DNA of 64,000 bases, taken from a virus. Every line of letters starts with the position of its first letter. Within the stretch, counting starts at the first letter, position 1. The position numbers and the translations under genes are program-made. Positions 35,136 to 45,323 of the stretch are shown piece by piece. The stretch covers positions 1 to 64,000 of IMG/VR virus record IMGVR_UViG_3300012204_000007. One strand, 5' to 3'. Below the pieces are notes generated by a model. The model had not been told where the DNA came from and searched no databases. It saw only the letters and a list, made by a program, of their open reading frames with translations.

Positions 35136-35908
35136 TTTGTGGAGACACACACGGACATGCTCGTGTTATAAAGAATAAGTTGGATATTGCTAAGACGCTC
35201 GGAGCCACACATATCTTGGTGGTTGGCGACTTCGGCATGTGGCCTGGCTTTGGGGGAATACAATTTCTAGATGAGATTAACGAATACGCCCGCCCTCTCA
35301 ACATTAATATCTTTGCGCTGCCTGGAAATCATGAAGACCACGACCAGTGGGAATGGTGGGTGAACTCCACCACTGCTACTAAGGACAACCAAGGCTTTAC
35401 CTATATTCGTAGCAATTTGCTAATCTCACCAAAGGTACATAATTGGAAGTGGGGCGATAAGCGGTTCTTTATCGCTGGCGGCGCGGTATCTATCGATAGA
35501 CAGTGGCGCACCGAGGGTAAGACGTGGTGGCGTAATGAAGTTCTATCTGAAAAAGAACTGGCCAGTGTTCAAGAGTACCGGGGTCCTGATATCGACTACT
35601 TGTTTACTCATGACTGCTCAGACTACACGCCTTGGGGGTTCCGCCTTGACCCAGACCCTTCTAGCCTGGCACATAGGCTGCTCATAGACCAAGTAATCAA
35701 GGCTGTACGGCCCCGTATGCAATTCCATGGTCACATGCATCGCAAGTATGACTGGATTAATACCGCCAGCCACGATGGAGCCAGGCAGACGCAGACTTTT
35801 GGCTTGGACTGTGACGGCGAGGACAACTCGTGGGGAATCTTGGACACAGAGCATGACAGTTTCTATTGGCCGTTGCAAGCAAAAATGGTGTTTAACCCGG
35901 AAGGGTAA
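35111..35908 (+). CDS. calcineurin-like metallophosphoesterase
   Basis: GDTHG, GDFG, GNHE, GGAVSIDR, HGHMH. Confidence 0.9.
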   Translation: MAKTIRILVCGDTHGHARVIKNKLDIAKTLGATHILVVGDFGMWPGFGGIQFLDEINEYARPLNINIFALPGNHEDHDQWEWWVNSTTATKDNQGFTYIRSNLLISPKVHNWKWGDKRFFIAGGAVSIDRQWRTEGKTWWRNEVLSEKELASVQEYRGPDIDYLFTHDCSDYTPWGFRLDPDPSSLAHRLLIDQVIKAVRPRMQFHGHMHRKYDWINTASHDGARQTQTFGLDCDGEDNSWGILDTEHDSFYWPLQAKMVFNPEG

Positions 35909-35978
35909 ATAGTTATTTGCTTTTGTAATTTCATCATGATATACTGTTCATATGACTTTAAGAAAGGTGGTATGAATT

Positions 35979-36176
35979 ATGGCTCTATATGATGGAACTG
36001 TTGCCGACCGTTACAGCCGCGACCTAATGCAACTTACGGACACTCGTAAGCAGCGTGACTTCGACAACCAGAATGTTAATCGTCGTAACCGTAGATACGT
36101 TAACCCAGTCAACAGCACTACTGTGTCTTCTACTGGCGATAACAACCACGGTACCGTAACGCTTAGCCCAGCCTAA
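35979..36176 (+). CDS. hypothetical protein
   Basis: GAAAGGTGG RBS, own promoter and hairpin. Confidence 0.7.
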   Translation: MALYDGTVADRYSRDLMQLTDTRKQRDFDNQNVNRRNRRYVNPVNSTTVSSTGDNNHGTVTLSPA

Positions 36177-36272
36177 TTTATACTAGGCAGGATTAAACAA
36201 CCAGAGGACTTGATAGTCCTCTGGTTGTTGTGTTATAATAGTAATGTACAATACAACCAGAAGGATATAAAA

Positions 36273-36509
36273 ATGATTGCTCTAACCATTGATAAGGCCG
36301 ATGGATTCGTTGCTAAGTTGCAGCGTAAGGGTATTCCAGTTCGCTGGGATGGATGGGATATGGTTTTCTTCAAGCCTGACCGCATAGCAGCAAGGCATGT
36401 TAATGGTCGCCGCTACCGTGATGAGTGGGGCTTCGAAACTGTTGTATCACCCAATAGTAATGGAAAGTGGCTTATTAACTATCGCCTAGCGCGAGGAGCA
36501 GATGCCTAA
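36273..36509 (+). CDS. hypothetical protein
   Basis: AAGGA RBS; RWDGWD motif. Confidence 0.7.
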   Translation: MIALTIDKADGFVAKLQRKGIPVRWDGWDMVFFKPDRIAARHVNGRRYRDEWGFETVVSPNSNGKWLINYRLARGADA

Positions 36510-36792
36510 TACCGATAAAGAACTTGAATGGTACCACCTGGCCATTTGCAAGAACATGGAAATCCGATGGTTTTATGATGACTATGAGTCAGACCCGGTA
36601 TTCGCACAGGTGATGGATAGTATATGTCTTTCTTGTCCGGTTCGCGCCATGTGTTTGCGTGAAGGTCATGAGAACAATGAATACGGCCTCTGGGGTGGAG
36701 TTTATCTGAACAATGGTAATACCGATGAGGTAAGGAACTCACACAAGACAGAAGATATATGGAAGCAGATTCGGAGCGGTATAGATGTTTGA
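36502..36792 (+). CDS. whiB: WhiB-family transcription regulator
   Basis: W...AIC..CLSCPVRAMC..YGLWGG. Confidence 0.88.
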   Translation: MPNTDKELEWYHLAICKNMEIRWFYDDYESDPVFAQVMDSICLSCPVRAMCLREGHENNEYGLWGGVYLNNGNTDEVRNSHKTEDIWKQIRSGIDV

Positions 36793-37033
36793 TGGGCTTT
36801 ATACAGAAGAGGTCAAACGTTGTATCTACGAAGCCAAACCGCTTCTCCCAGGTGACTTTCCATTAGTAACAGAAGATAGAGAAGCGTTTATTGTTATCTC
36901 AGTACAGATGGAGCACTTTGCGTGGCGCACGGTAGAAGATAGGCTTGAGATTGCTCTGGAACTAGAGAAGTTAAGAACCGCTATTGAGAGGACTGGTATC
37001 GGATGTCTAATCGAGAAAGTATGGACAGAATAG
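36785..37033 (+). CDS. hypothetical protein
   Basis: overlapping gene chain. Confidence 0.65.
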   Translation: MFDGLYTEEVKRCIYEAKPLLPGDFPLVTEDREAFIVISVQMEHFAWRTVEDRLEIALELEKLRTAIERTGIGCLIEKVWTE

Positions 37034-37209
37034 TCTGGATTCCAGACGAGGACAACCCACGTATAGGCCATATGGGTGAAATCGTTGGGAGCATGGGTGC
37101 TTTTTATACGACCATCCGTTATGAGTCTGGCGGTATTGAATTTGAAGTATTGATGGAGAACGAAGAGTTTCAATTACTAGGAGAACTGATAGAGTATGAC
37201 AACGACTGA
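37021..37209 (+). CDS. hypothetical protein
   Basis: overlapping gene chain. Confidence 0.6.
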   Translation: MDRIVWIPDEDNPRIGHMGEIVGSMGAFYTTIRYESGGIEFEVLMENEEFQLLGELIEYDND

Positions 37210-37441
37210 CAGCATGCTTTGCACATCATGTCGCAAGCCAAAGAATAGTCTAAAACAGAAAAAGTCAAAGGCGCTTCCTGGCATTCAGATGTACATATGT
37301 CAGGATTGTCTAGACAACAAACGTGAACCGCGCGGGTTCCTTGTGCTGGCCGGTAGAGAGCACGGTATAGACTTCATCAAATACTGGGTTAAGCCCCAGC
37401 GTTACCTTGGCGAGCCAATTACATTGAGCGAGTTAACTTAA
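37196..37441 (+). CDS. Zn-finger-like hypothetical protein
   Basis: CTSC..CQDC..EPR. Confidence 0.65.
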   Translation: MTTTDSMLCTSCRKPKNSLKQKKSKALPGIQMYICQDCLDNKREPRGFLVLAGREHGIDFIKYWVKPQRYLGEPITLSELT

Positions 37442-37535
37442 ACGTTGGTTCATATTTATGCAACTTTTACGTCTGCATGTATCTGCAAATAGTTTACCTT
37501 TGCATTAAAATGCAGCGTGAGGTACAATTTATGAT

Positions 37536-37973
37536 ATGAAGCAGAAGAGACTAACACCATATAAGCCCAGAACTATAGACAGGGTAGTATTTGGTATATT
37601 GGCGGTAGCGTTCGTTACCGGCGCCGCCTATCTGATTGGGCCATGGTATCTTACTGTAACAGAGGGAGCCAGGACCCCGCTCTATGCTATGATTAACAAT
37701 CATAATATCATAATATTATATGGTGTATTGTTGTTTATAGACGGGCTAGTTTTGTTATACGCTTCCGTAAGCGATGGTAATACCCGCCGATACACACATA
37801 TTGTAACCAATGGATTGTTAGTAGGATTCTTACTAAGGTTATACTCTCTGATTGGTGTATTTCTAACTCTAGATAGTTGGAAACCCCCATCATATATCTC
37901 TCAAACAGCGATTGTGCTGATAACAGGGAGTTATTGGTTGTGGGTGAGGGTGAATGCGCGAACTGCTCAATAA
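37536..37973 (+). CDS. four-TM membrane protein (possible holin)
   Basis: four hydrophobic helices. Confidence 0.65.
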   Translation: MKQKRLTPYKPRTIDRVVFGILAVAFVTGAAYLIGPWYLTVTEGARTPLYAMINNHNIIILYGVLLFIDGLVLLYASVSDGNTRRYTHIVTNGLLVGFLLRLYSLIGVFLTLDSWKPPSYISQTAIVLITGSYWLWVRVNARTAQ

Positions 37974-38295
37974 TCCAGGGTTCATAGCCTTGGTCGGCAC
38001 TCTCTTTGGTGGTACGGGACTAAAGATTATTGAACAGTGGCTTAACAAAGCAAAAGAGCGCTCTACCGAGGCGACCTCGATTCGTGACGAACTTCGAAAG
38101 GAAATAGACAGCCTACGCACCCAACTAAAAAGTGCGGACGAAGAAGAAAAGCGTTTAGAGATAATTGTTGAAGAGTGGCGCAGTAGGTATTATGACCTAC
38201 GAGATGAAAAACAAAAAGTAGTTACAGAACTGTCTATAACATTAGACCGTCTAAAGCACATGGAGGAACGGTATGAAAAACCACACAACAACTGA
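37954..38295 (+). CDS. TM plus coiled-coil protein (possible lysis accessory)
   Basis: N-terminal GFIALVGTLFGG helix then heptads. Confidence 0.65.
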   Translation: MRELLNNPGFIALVGTLFGGTGLKIIEQWLNKAKERSTEATSIRDELRKEIDSLRTQLKSADEEEKRLEIIVEEWRSRYYDLRDEKQKVVTELSITLDRLKHMEERYEKPHNN

Positions 38296-38312
38296 TACAA
38301 TGGAACAACGAG

Positions 38313-38513
38313 ATGCGTGAGTTTAAAGCCAGCGACCGCTGTGACAGATGCGGCGCTCAGGCATATCACATAGCCATTAAAAATAATTTCGAACTGTTGT
38401 TCTGTTCTCATCATTACAGAGAGAATCGAGAGGTCCTTCTAAATGATTATTGGTTGGTTGAGCCCGACCTCCCTTTTAGTGAGCCTATACCGGCAGTCGC
38501 ATACACAGAATAG
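38313..38513 (+). CDS. small Zn-binding protein
   Basis: DRCDRCGAQAY..LLFCSHH. Confidence 0.75.
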   Translation: MREFKASDRCDRCGAQAYHIAIKNNFELLFCSHHYRENREVLLNDYWLVEPDLPFSEPIPAVAYTE

Positions 38514-38520
38514 AGAGACA

Positions 38521-39111
38521 ATGAAATTTCAAGAACTAAACGAATATATTCCCTATGCCAGATTTGGTAAGGAAAAGTCTCTCATCATGGAGCCCTATCC
38601 AAATATTAGACTATTGCTACCCGGAAGGCATGCCGAAGATACTTCTCCTAAGGGCGGAGACTTCTGCGTGGTAGTAACCGACCCAAAGATAAACTGGAAT
38701 AATCATCAGTTCACACACGCCGGTATCTTTAATGACATTGAAGTTAAATATGAGGATAATCCAGAACTTACAAGAGCATTGATGAATGAATATCTGGAAG
38801 TTATTGTTGGCGGTAAAGAACCCAGCGCTAAGTCAATTAAAGCAATAAATCTATCCGGCATGGATGCACTAACTTTTCTATATGGTACACAATGTCTCGG
38901 AGTTGCAGAACATAGACGTTATCATATGCATGAGGCAAAGTTCGGTGGCCGCTATCTACCGTTCCGATTTGCAGCCGGTATCGCAGAGGGTCTATGGACT
39001 GCCGATATGGGCAGTGAAGTGCAAAAATATGGAAGGCCAGCAGTAGAAAGACTAGAAAAGTCAAATGGTATACCGCGCCTCACACAAGAACTGATGAATC
39101 CAACCTCTTGA
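38521..39111 (+). CDS. hypothetical protein
   Basis: 196 aa ORF; PGRH, GGDF, EHRRY motifs. Confidence 0.75.
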   Translation: MKFQELNEYIPYARFGKEKSLIMEPYPNIRLLLPGRHAEDTSPKGGDFCVVVTDPKINWNNHQFTHAGIFNDIEVKYEDNPELTRALMNEYLEVIVGGKEPSAKSIKAINLSGMDALTFLYGTQCLGVAEHRRYHMHEAKFGGRYLPFRFAAGIAEGLWTADMGSEVQKYGRPAVERLEKSNGIPRLTQELMNPTS

Positions 39112-39164
39112 CAACAACGCCACCATCGTGTAGGATGGTGGCACACCTACTTTAAGGAGACACA

Positions 39165-39893
39165 ATGAGCACGCTTTTTGCCTACGACCTCCGCGCAGAC
39201 GGAACTACCGACCGGGACGACTGGCTCAACCACGACTTCTACAGCAGCGCTGTCCGAACCATTGCCTACAACCGTAAGGCTAAGGAACTTTTTATCGAGT
39301 TCGTCAGCGGTGGAGCGTACGTATATGGTGATGTAGAAGAGTCAACCTATCTCTTTCTCCTTGGGAGTAAGAGCCTTGGTCGTTTCTACAGCAATCACAT
39401 TCAGGGTAACTTCGACCGCGTTCCTACAGAGAAGCCTATCTACTTGATTGCGCCGGTACTTGATGAACCGGTAAAGGAAGAGGTTGATGAGGGTAATGAT
39501 TATCTTACTACCGGCGCTGGCGCTTTGCCTACCGAGGCAGAGGGTGGGTTCCTTTTCTCACAGATTAGCCCGCTCATTGCAGACGTTGTTGACCTGAAAC
39601 CTGAGCAGAAATGGCTGACTGGTGACCTTGAACTTGAAGGCACGAACAATGTCCTTGATAGTGTTGAACTAGAAAGTTCACGATACGGTATTACTTATCG
39701 TATCACCAAGAACGATTCAGACTATAGTAATATCGACAGGGACCTTCTAGCACCACGATATGAGCCGGTATTTAATGCTCTTTCTGAGGCAGATGCTCTC
39801 GCACAGTTTGAACATGCCGTCGCCGGTATGAACGTCATCACCGGTTGGAATCTCAATATAGTCATCGAGAAGGTGACACACTACCTTGACTGA
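39165..39893 (+). CDS. KTSC-domain protein
   Basis: SSAVRTIAY..L.IEF.SG..YVY..V...Y..LL...SLGRFY..I. Confidence 0.8.
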   Translation: MSTLFAYDLRADGTTDRDDWLNHDFYSSAVRTIAYNRKAKELFIEFVSGGAYVYGDVEESTYLFLLGSKSLGRFYSNHIQGNFDRVPTEKPIYLIAPVLDEPVKEEVDEGNDYLTTGAGALPTEAEGGFLFSQISPLIADVVDLKPEQKWLTGDLELEGTNNVLDSVELESSRYGITYRITKNDSDYSNIDRDLLAPRYEPVFNALSEADALAQFEHAVAGMNVITGWNLNIVIEKVTHYLD

Positions 39894-40224
39894 GTATAAT
39901 GTAACTAAAGAAGCAGAATTTGATGCTCTGCCATGGGATGACAACAAGATTCTAGTATTATTCACAGCGCCAACATGGTGTATACCATGTCAACGCCTAG
40001 AGCCGCACTGGAATAAGTTAAAGGACCTGTACGACAATATTATCTTTGTGACAGTTGATATGGGCTCGTTCCCCGAAGATATGGATAGTCACTGGGCCAG
40101 TGAACGCTTCAACATTCTTGGTGTGCCGCAGTTAAAGTTAGCAATGGGATATGAAATCGAGCCGGTAGATATCAAGTCTCGCGCGGTAGTTCCTTTGATT
40201 AAGGAGTTGTCGCAATATGTCTGA
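39886..40224 (+). CDS. thioredoxin
   Basis: FTAPTWCIPCQ, NILGVP. Confidence 0.85.
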   Translation: MTEYNVTKEAEFDALPWDDNKILVLFTAPTWCIPCQRLEPHWNKLKDLYDNIIFVTVDMGSFPEDMDSHWASERFNILGVPQLKLAMGYEIEPVDIKSRAVVPLIKELSQYV

Positions 40225-40507
40225 TGAATTCGATGTAGTGCACCTTGATGAGGAAGAGACACAAAACGTTGTTGAGTGGGCGGTGCGAGCAGCCGCTATG
40301 GTGCTTTTGCTCAGCGATATGCCAGAGTTTGACGATGACCCAGTAGCATCAAACAAGACATATGAAAGAGTCGTTGAGTTAATGAGTGGTGATATTCCAG
40401 AGTGCCTGGTACCGTCTGCTATTACGTTAGCCAATGAGTCAGTAGCCTTTGCCGTTGAAGCAGAAGCAACAATCGAAGAGTTTAAAGCAGAACTAGACGA
40501 ACTATGA
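40217..40507 (+). CDS. hypothetical acidic protein
   Basis: AAGGAG RBS. Confidence 0.65.
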   Translation: MSDEFDVVHLDEEETQNVVEWAVRAAAMVLLLSDMPEFDDDPVASNKTYERVVELMSGDIPECLVPSAITLANESVAFAVEAEATIEEFKAELDEL

Positions 40508-40707
40508 CACATTATTTGGACTATGAAGGCACGGGAGACAGCATAGACCTAGGTGAATATATGACTAGGATATGTGTATGTGGGTCTGAATGGTTCAAAA
40601 CTGTTATTCAGATAGATGAAGACTATGAGATTGCTGCATATGGCCTCGACGCAGAATGTATTGAGTGTGGTTCAAGGGTAAAATTGCCCTCTCCTGCCGA
40701 TAGGTAA
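40504..40707 (+). CDS. small Zn-ribbon protein
   Basis: CVCGS..ECIECGS..P.P.D. Confidence 0.7.
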   Translation: MTHYLDYEGTGDSIDLGEYMTRICVCGSEWFKTVIQIDEDYEIAAYGLDAECIECGSRVKLPSPADR

Positions 40708-40790
40708 AATTAAGGTAAAGAGTTGGCCCTCGGCATAACCGAGGGCCAATCTGTGCTAAACTGAATGGAAACCCTTAGGAGGGAATATAA

Positions 40791-41822
40791 ATGACATTTA
40801 AGAAGATTGTATTACCTATGTTTATGGCGTTGGGACTATCACTCGCTCTACTTGGAATAGTAAATACAGCGCCGGTAACAGCAGTAACAGCAGACTCAAC
40901 GTGTATCGGTGCGCCAGGGCCAGATGCAGCAACCGTTTACCCACAAACACGACAGTTTGTGGAGACCCAGACTTGGTGGATGCCGGGAGCCGGTCAGGTA
41001 GATGATGCCGCGACTCATCACGGTCATTCTCATCTTGGAGCATGTATCCCAGAGCGTGAGACATTGACCTCAGGAAATCTTACGATTAATGTACGTGTAA
41101 TGATGCACGATAACCCTGGAACCTTCAACTATGTTTCTATGGTGTTCAAGGGGACCGATTATGAGACTACGGTCCAAAAGTGTTATGTGCGCGCCACAGC
41201 AGAAGATTTCACCTGTCCAGGAGCATCTAGCACTGGCAAGGGAGACTTCACCTGTGCTCAGCCTGGCAACTGTGCAAGATGGTTGACATTCTCGATGCCA
41301 TTATCATTATTCAATCACTCTGGTCTTCAAGAGGTGCGTTTCCGTGGCTTCGTACCGGAGCCGAGCAGCAAGGAAATGCGTAACAACCTGAATTTCCAAG
41401 TTTATGTACAAAATGGAAAGTCGGTCTCTAATGTAACTAGAGAACCTAACTTACGCGGTAAGGGATGGTATACTCACGCACTATATTGTGAGGCTACCGT
41501 AAAGTCTGTACCGATTCCAGACGCGCCAGTATCAGGAGTCTGGTCGCCTACTCTCGAACAGACTACACACGACACCGATGCAAGTCTGCCGGTAACGCAT
41601 TCGTTCTTCACGATTGACCCTGACTTCCATGCAGTACCACCGGTAGTCGGAACAGTATTACATGATGCTGACGGCGGTTATGGACCATCTGCTTCACCAA
41701 TTGATACAACAATGCTTACCAATGGTGTACATAAGTTATACCAGAAGGTAGATTGTAGAGACGATACGCTCGGCTCTACTAATTCTGGCGTGCTAGTGGT
41801 TCCCTTTGTAGTTGCCAATTAA
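40791..41822 (+). CDS. secreted hypothetical protein
   Basis: signal peptide, eight Cys, HHGHSH; flanked by hairpins. Confidence 0.8.
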   Translation: MTFKKIVLPMFMALGLSLALLGIVNTAPVTAVTADSTCIGAPGPDAATVYPQTRQFVETQTWWMPGAGQVDDAATHHGHSHLGACIPERETLTSGNLTINVRVMMHDNPGTFNYVSMVFKGTDYETTVQKCYVRATAEDFTCPGASSTGKGDFTCAQPGNCARWLTFSMPLSLFNHSGLQEVRFRGFVPEPSSKEMRNNLNFQVYVQNGKSVSNVTREPNLRGKGWYTHALYCEATVKSVPIPDAPVSGVWSPTLEQTTHDTDASLPVTHSFFTIDPDFHAVPPVVGTVLHDADGGYGPSASPIDTTMLTNGVHKLYQKVDCRDDTLGSTNSGVLVVPFVVAN

Positions 41823-41912
41823 AATTAGACGTTGGTAAAGACTTAGCCCCGAGGCTTGACCTCGGGGCTTTGTCTATGTTAGACTGGTGTCACCCGAACG
41901 AGAGGAACTGTC

Positions 41913-42233
41913 ATGGATGCTTACACGATTGTAGACGAGATGCCTTTTGGTTACCGATGGGCCGTCGAAGATGAGGCTGAACTCTGGTATGTACGCCCCG
42001 AGCGTTTTGTCCAGGTCCGCGTCGGTGGTACCGATGAAGAGCCATCGACCGATATGGCAATCCAGTGGGATTGTTTTATTGAGTTTGGTCCGGACCATGA
42101 CCACGACAGCGCCGGTTGCGAAAACGCAATGGCTGCTGTTACAGATTGGCCGGTAACGAATGAGGAACGCCGTGCCATGGGTGACGACCTACTCTATCCG
42201 ACATATGACTTATTCGGCAATTGGGAGAACTGA
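41913..42233 (+). CDS. hypothetical acidic protein
   Basis: GAGG RBS, promoter upstream. Confidence 0.7.
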   Translation: MDAYTIVDEMPFGYRWAVEDEAELWYVRPERFVQVRVGGTDEEPSTDMAIQWDCFIEFGPDHDHDSAGCENAMAAVTDWPVTNEERRAMGDDLLYPTYDLFGNWEN

Positions 42234-42366
42234 TGGATTGGGATACCTTCTATTTTGAGTTTTGGGTAGAGACACATGAGCCAGGCGATGAGCCCACTGA
42301 TGACGACTACCGCGAATGGCTTTTTGATAAAGCCGAACTAACTTTAGGGAATGATTGGTAAATATA

Positions 42367-42741
42367 ATGAGTAGAATTCTTATTACCGGCTCGCGTGACT
42401 GGACGGACGCGATTGCCATCAAGGTTGCATTGTGCATCCTTGAGACCACTGACAATGTATTGGTTAGTGGCGCATGTCCTACCGGCGCTGACTTTCTTGC
42501 TGAAAAAGCAGCAGAAGAACTAGGGTGGTCCGTAGAACGGCATCCAGCCGATTGGAATAAGCATGGTAGGCGCGCCGGTTTCGTTCGTAATGCTGAAATG
42601 GTGGCGCTTGGTGCAGATGCTTGTGTGGCTTTTATTAAAAACGAAAGCAAGGGTGCCAGCATGACTGCCAAACTCTCAGAGACCGCTGGTATTCTCACAT
42701 TTAGGTTTATTGCCAACTACCCGGACATTGCATTAAAGTGA
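42367..42741 (+). CDS. SLOG family (YspA/DUF2493-like) protein
   Basis: ILITGSRDW, GACPTGAD, HPADW..HG..AG..RN..M. Confidence 0.85.
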   Translation: MSRILITGSRDWTDAIAIKVALCILETTDNVLVSGACPTGADFLAEKAAEELGWSVERHPADWNKHGRRAGFVRNAEMVALGADACVAFIKNESKGASMTAKLSETAGILTFRFIANYPDIALK

Positions 42742-43027
42742 TTCATCAAAAAGACACGCCATGTATCTGCGGTCATCTATACTACAGGCACATTATAGTC
42801 TATGACATGATGGCGCGCCAATCGATAGAACACTGCATGTATTGTGATATTTGTAGTGTATTCCGAGAAGATAATGGGAACAGCGTATGATGCGAGAGGC
42901 GACACGCCTTCTATGGCTAGAACTAACCGATTACATCTTTCGAATCGGTTGTTATTCAAAAAAAGTAGGGTCTTGACATACCGTCGCCGGTAGTATAGAC
43001 TGTGGCTACACCTAGCGAAAGGAGCCC

Positions 43028-43216
43028 ATGATGAGCGTAGAGAGACTAGTAACCATTTATGAAGTTCAAGTGGATTGTGCAGTGAGTTCTACTTGGACAC
43101 CCTATACAGGTGGTATTCAGGATATCCAGGCCAGCGACCTAGGCGTGCACATCAATTGGAACTTCGGTGCCACCTTTGTTCCGTGGTCAAACGTAGCATA
43201 CATCTTGGAGGGATGA
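43028..43216 (+). CDS. hypothetical protein
   Basis: AAGGAG RBS, promoter upstream. Confidence 0.65.
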   Translation: MMSVERLVTIYEVQVDCAVSSTWTPYTGGIQDIQASDLGVHINWNFGATFVPWSNVAYILEG

Positions 43217-43461
43217 TGGAAACCACTAATGGAATGCGTCTCACTCTTACTCGCACCGCATGCAAGCAGGCGGTAAAGCATGGATTGACTGCTGATATCA
43301 TTCAAGAGTGTTTCGACAACCCAGTCCGCGTATCTGCCAGTAAGACACGTGACGGACAGTACCGTATCGTTAGCAAGCAAGTCTGCATCGTAGGCGTGCC
43401 GGTAAACGATACTGAGTTCCGTGGTATCACCATGTATGCGAGGGAGCACAACAATGTCTGA
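43216..43461 (+). CDS. DUF4258-like hypothetical protein
   Basis: LTLTRTA.KQA..HG....I...FDNP...ITMY. Confidence 0.5.
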   Translation: METTNGMRLTLTRTACKQAVKHGLTADIIQECFDNPVRVSASKTRDGQYRIVSKQVCIVGVPVNDTEFRGITMYAREHNNV

Positions 43462-43708
43462 CCTACTATATATTTATCTGACTATTGCTATTGTATTGGC
43501 TGGCGTATGTTTGGTTATGGTTATTGGTGGGGCTGTTGCCTATAGTGATACCAATAACCATAACCACAATGTAAAAGAAGATATACGCAAAGAAATGCGC
43601 AAAGCATTGGTTGTGCTTGCGGTCTCTCCGTTCTGGCCGCTGGCTCTGTGCTATGTAGTATTTATGGTTGCTCGTAAGGTCTACCTCATCGCAACCGGTA
43701 AAATCTGA
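43454..43708 (+). CDS. membrane protein
   Basis: two TM helices. Confidence 0.65.
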   Translation: MSDLLYIYLTIAIVLAGVCLVMVIGGAVAYSDTNNHNHNVKEDIRKEMRKALVVLAVSPFWPLALCYVVFMVARKVYLIATGKI

Positions 43709-44172
43709 TGCCTCCAATATGGCCTAATGCGCTTTACAACAACTATGACCTATGTGATAGTTGTGGACACCAATGGCATGGCTTGGCTTGCACAACGATG
43801 CTAAAGTCAACCAACAAGTTAGGCATCGTAACCTATAGCGACCCATGTTTATGTTTAACTTCATTTAAGGAGAACTGATGATTTTCACACGCTCACTCAG
43901 CCTCATGGCAGGAATTTATACCGCTATCCTAACCGTTAGAGCATATGACAATGGGAATCGCGGTTGGGTGGTTGGGTTGGTTTGCTCACTGGTGCTTTTG
44001 AGCATCTATACTTTTGCAGGGGATAAAGAGTAATGGCATTTGGAGTTCCCGGTCTACATGAGGCTATGGCTAGGCTCGATGCGACCGAGGAAAAAATGAC
44101 GCAGTTGGTCGCAGGTATTGATAAAGTGATTGAACTGCTAGAAGAGCAAAATGAGATTCTGAGGAATAAGTA

Positions 44173-44445
44173 ATGCTTAAACCATGTGTAGAATGCGGCG
44201 GTGTAGAAGAACACACTATCAAGCCATTCTGCCCTGCGATGATAAGAGGCGCCGGTAGTAGACGTGACTTGTGCAATTCTATCTATCCACTCAACCATGG
44301 ATATAATAGATGCCAAAAGACCAAAGGCCATGAGGTCGAAGACCCTGTTTGTGTATTTGAACTTGGCCTTGATACCGGTTACCGGTATCAAGAGGAAGTT
44401 CTCTATCAAGATGCCATCCATGCTGTAAACTATGAATTGGAGTAA
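44173..44445 (+). CDS. Cys-rich hypothetical protein
   Basis: GAGG RBS. Confidence 0.55.
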   Translation: MLKPCVECGGVEEHTIKPFCPAMIRGAGSRRDLCNSIYPLNHGYNRCQKTKGHEVEDPVCVFELGLDTGYRYQEEVLYQDAIHAVNYELE

Positions 44446-44781
44446 TAATGATACCCGACCCAGAGAACCATACTTTCTTCGATGAGCAGGATGATGAATA
44501 TAGTGATGGCTCTGAGGATGATTGGTTCTTCATATTCTGTTCGGTGCTATTCATCATCTGGACCGTTTTGATTATTGCATTATTCTTGCTATGACATTCG
44601 ACTGGTGTGTACGTGGAGACCACAATGGTTGCAAGCGTGAGTACCGGCGCTTTTTGGTTGACCCGAAGACCAACAAGGTGGTATACTCAGACGATATGAG
44701 ATACTGCGAGTGCAAGGCGCGCGGTTGTAAATGTTATAAACCAACCAAAGACAGAACCAAGACGAGAAAGACGAGACGCAA

Positions 44782-45006
44782 ATGAAAGTAACCGTTGTTA
44801 AGTATTACGACACCGATTCATATAACTCACCGCCTCCGAGAGTGGTGGCTGTAGCAAAGAGCACTTCTGCGGCGATGCGCTGGATTAAGGCCGAGGTTGA
44901 TGGTGAGCATGAGGGCTCCTACAATACCTATGCAAAGGGTCACGATGCCCAATGGTGGTTTGAATACGGTACCTTCCGTCTCGAAGAGGTTGAGGTAGTG
45001 GAATGA
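44782..45006 (+). CDS. hypothetical protein
   Basis: ATGA overlap chain. Confidence 0.65.
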   Translation: MKVTVVKYYDTDSYNSPPPRVVAVAKSTSAAMRWIKAEVDGEHEGSYNTYAKGHDAQWWFEYGTFRLEEVEVVE

Positions 45007-45323
45007 CATTTGTTGACGATATAAAAGAGTTTCTAGAAGAGAACCCCACAGACACACATGGTATTACATATTGGTTTGGTGCTACATTCGTAGAGTCTGA
45101 AACACATGACAAGCGTCGTTGGTATACTGTAGAGCATACAATCTTCAAAAAGCGTACGCTACAGTTGGAAGGCACCGACCTAGAGTGGGTCAAGGAAGAG
45201 TATGTGCTTGTGGAGCACTGTGAGCCTGCTACAGAATTGCAGGAGCGTGATGGGCTACCAGAGCCCACCGTATTTGCAGTAGAGCCTTACGAGGTCACTG
45301 AGACGAGGTACCGGCCGATATGA
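45003..45323 (+). CDS. hypothetical protein
   Basis: ATGA overlap chain; RRW..ATELQE motif. Confidence 0.7.
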   Translation: MTFVDDIKEFLEENPTDTHGITYWFGATFVESETHDKRRWYTVEHTIFKKRTLQLEGTDLEWVKEEYVLVEHCEPATELQERDGLPEPTVFAVEPYEVTETRYRPI

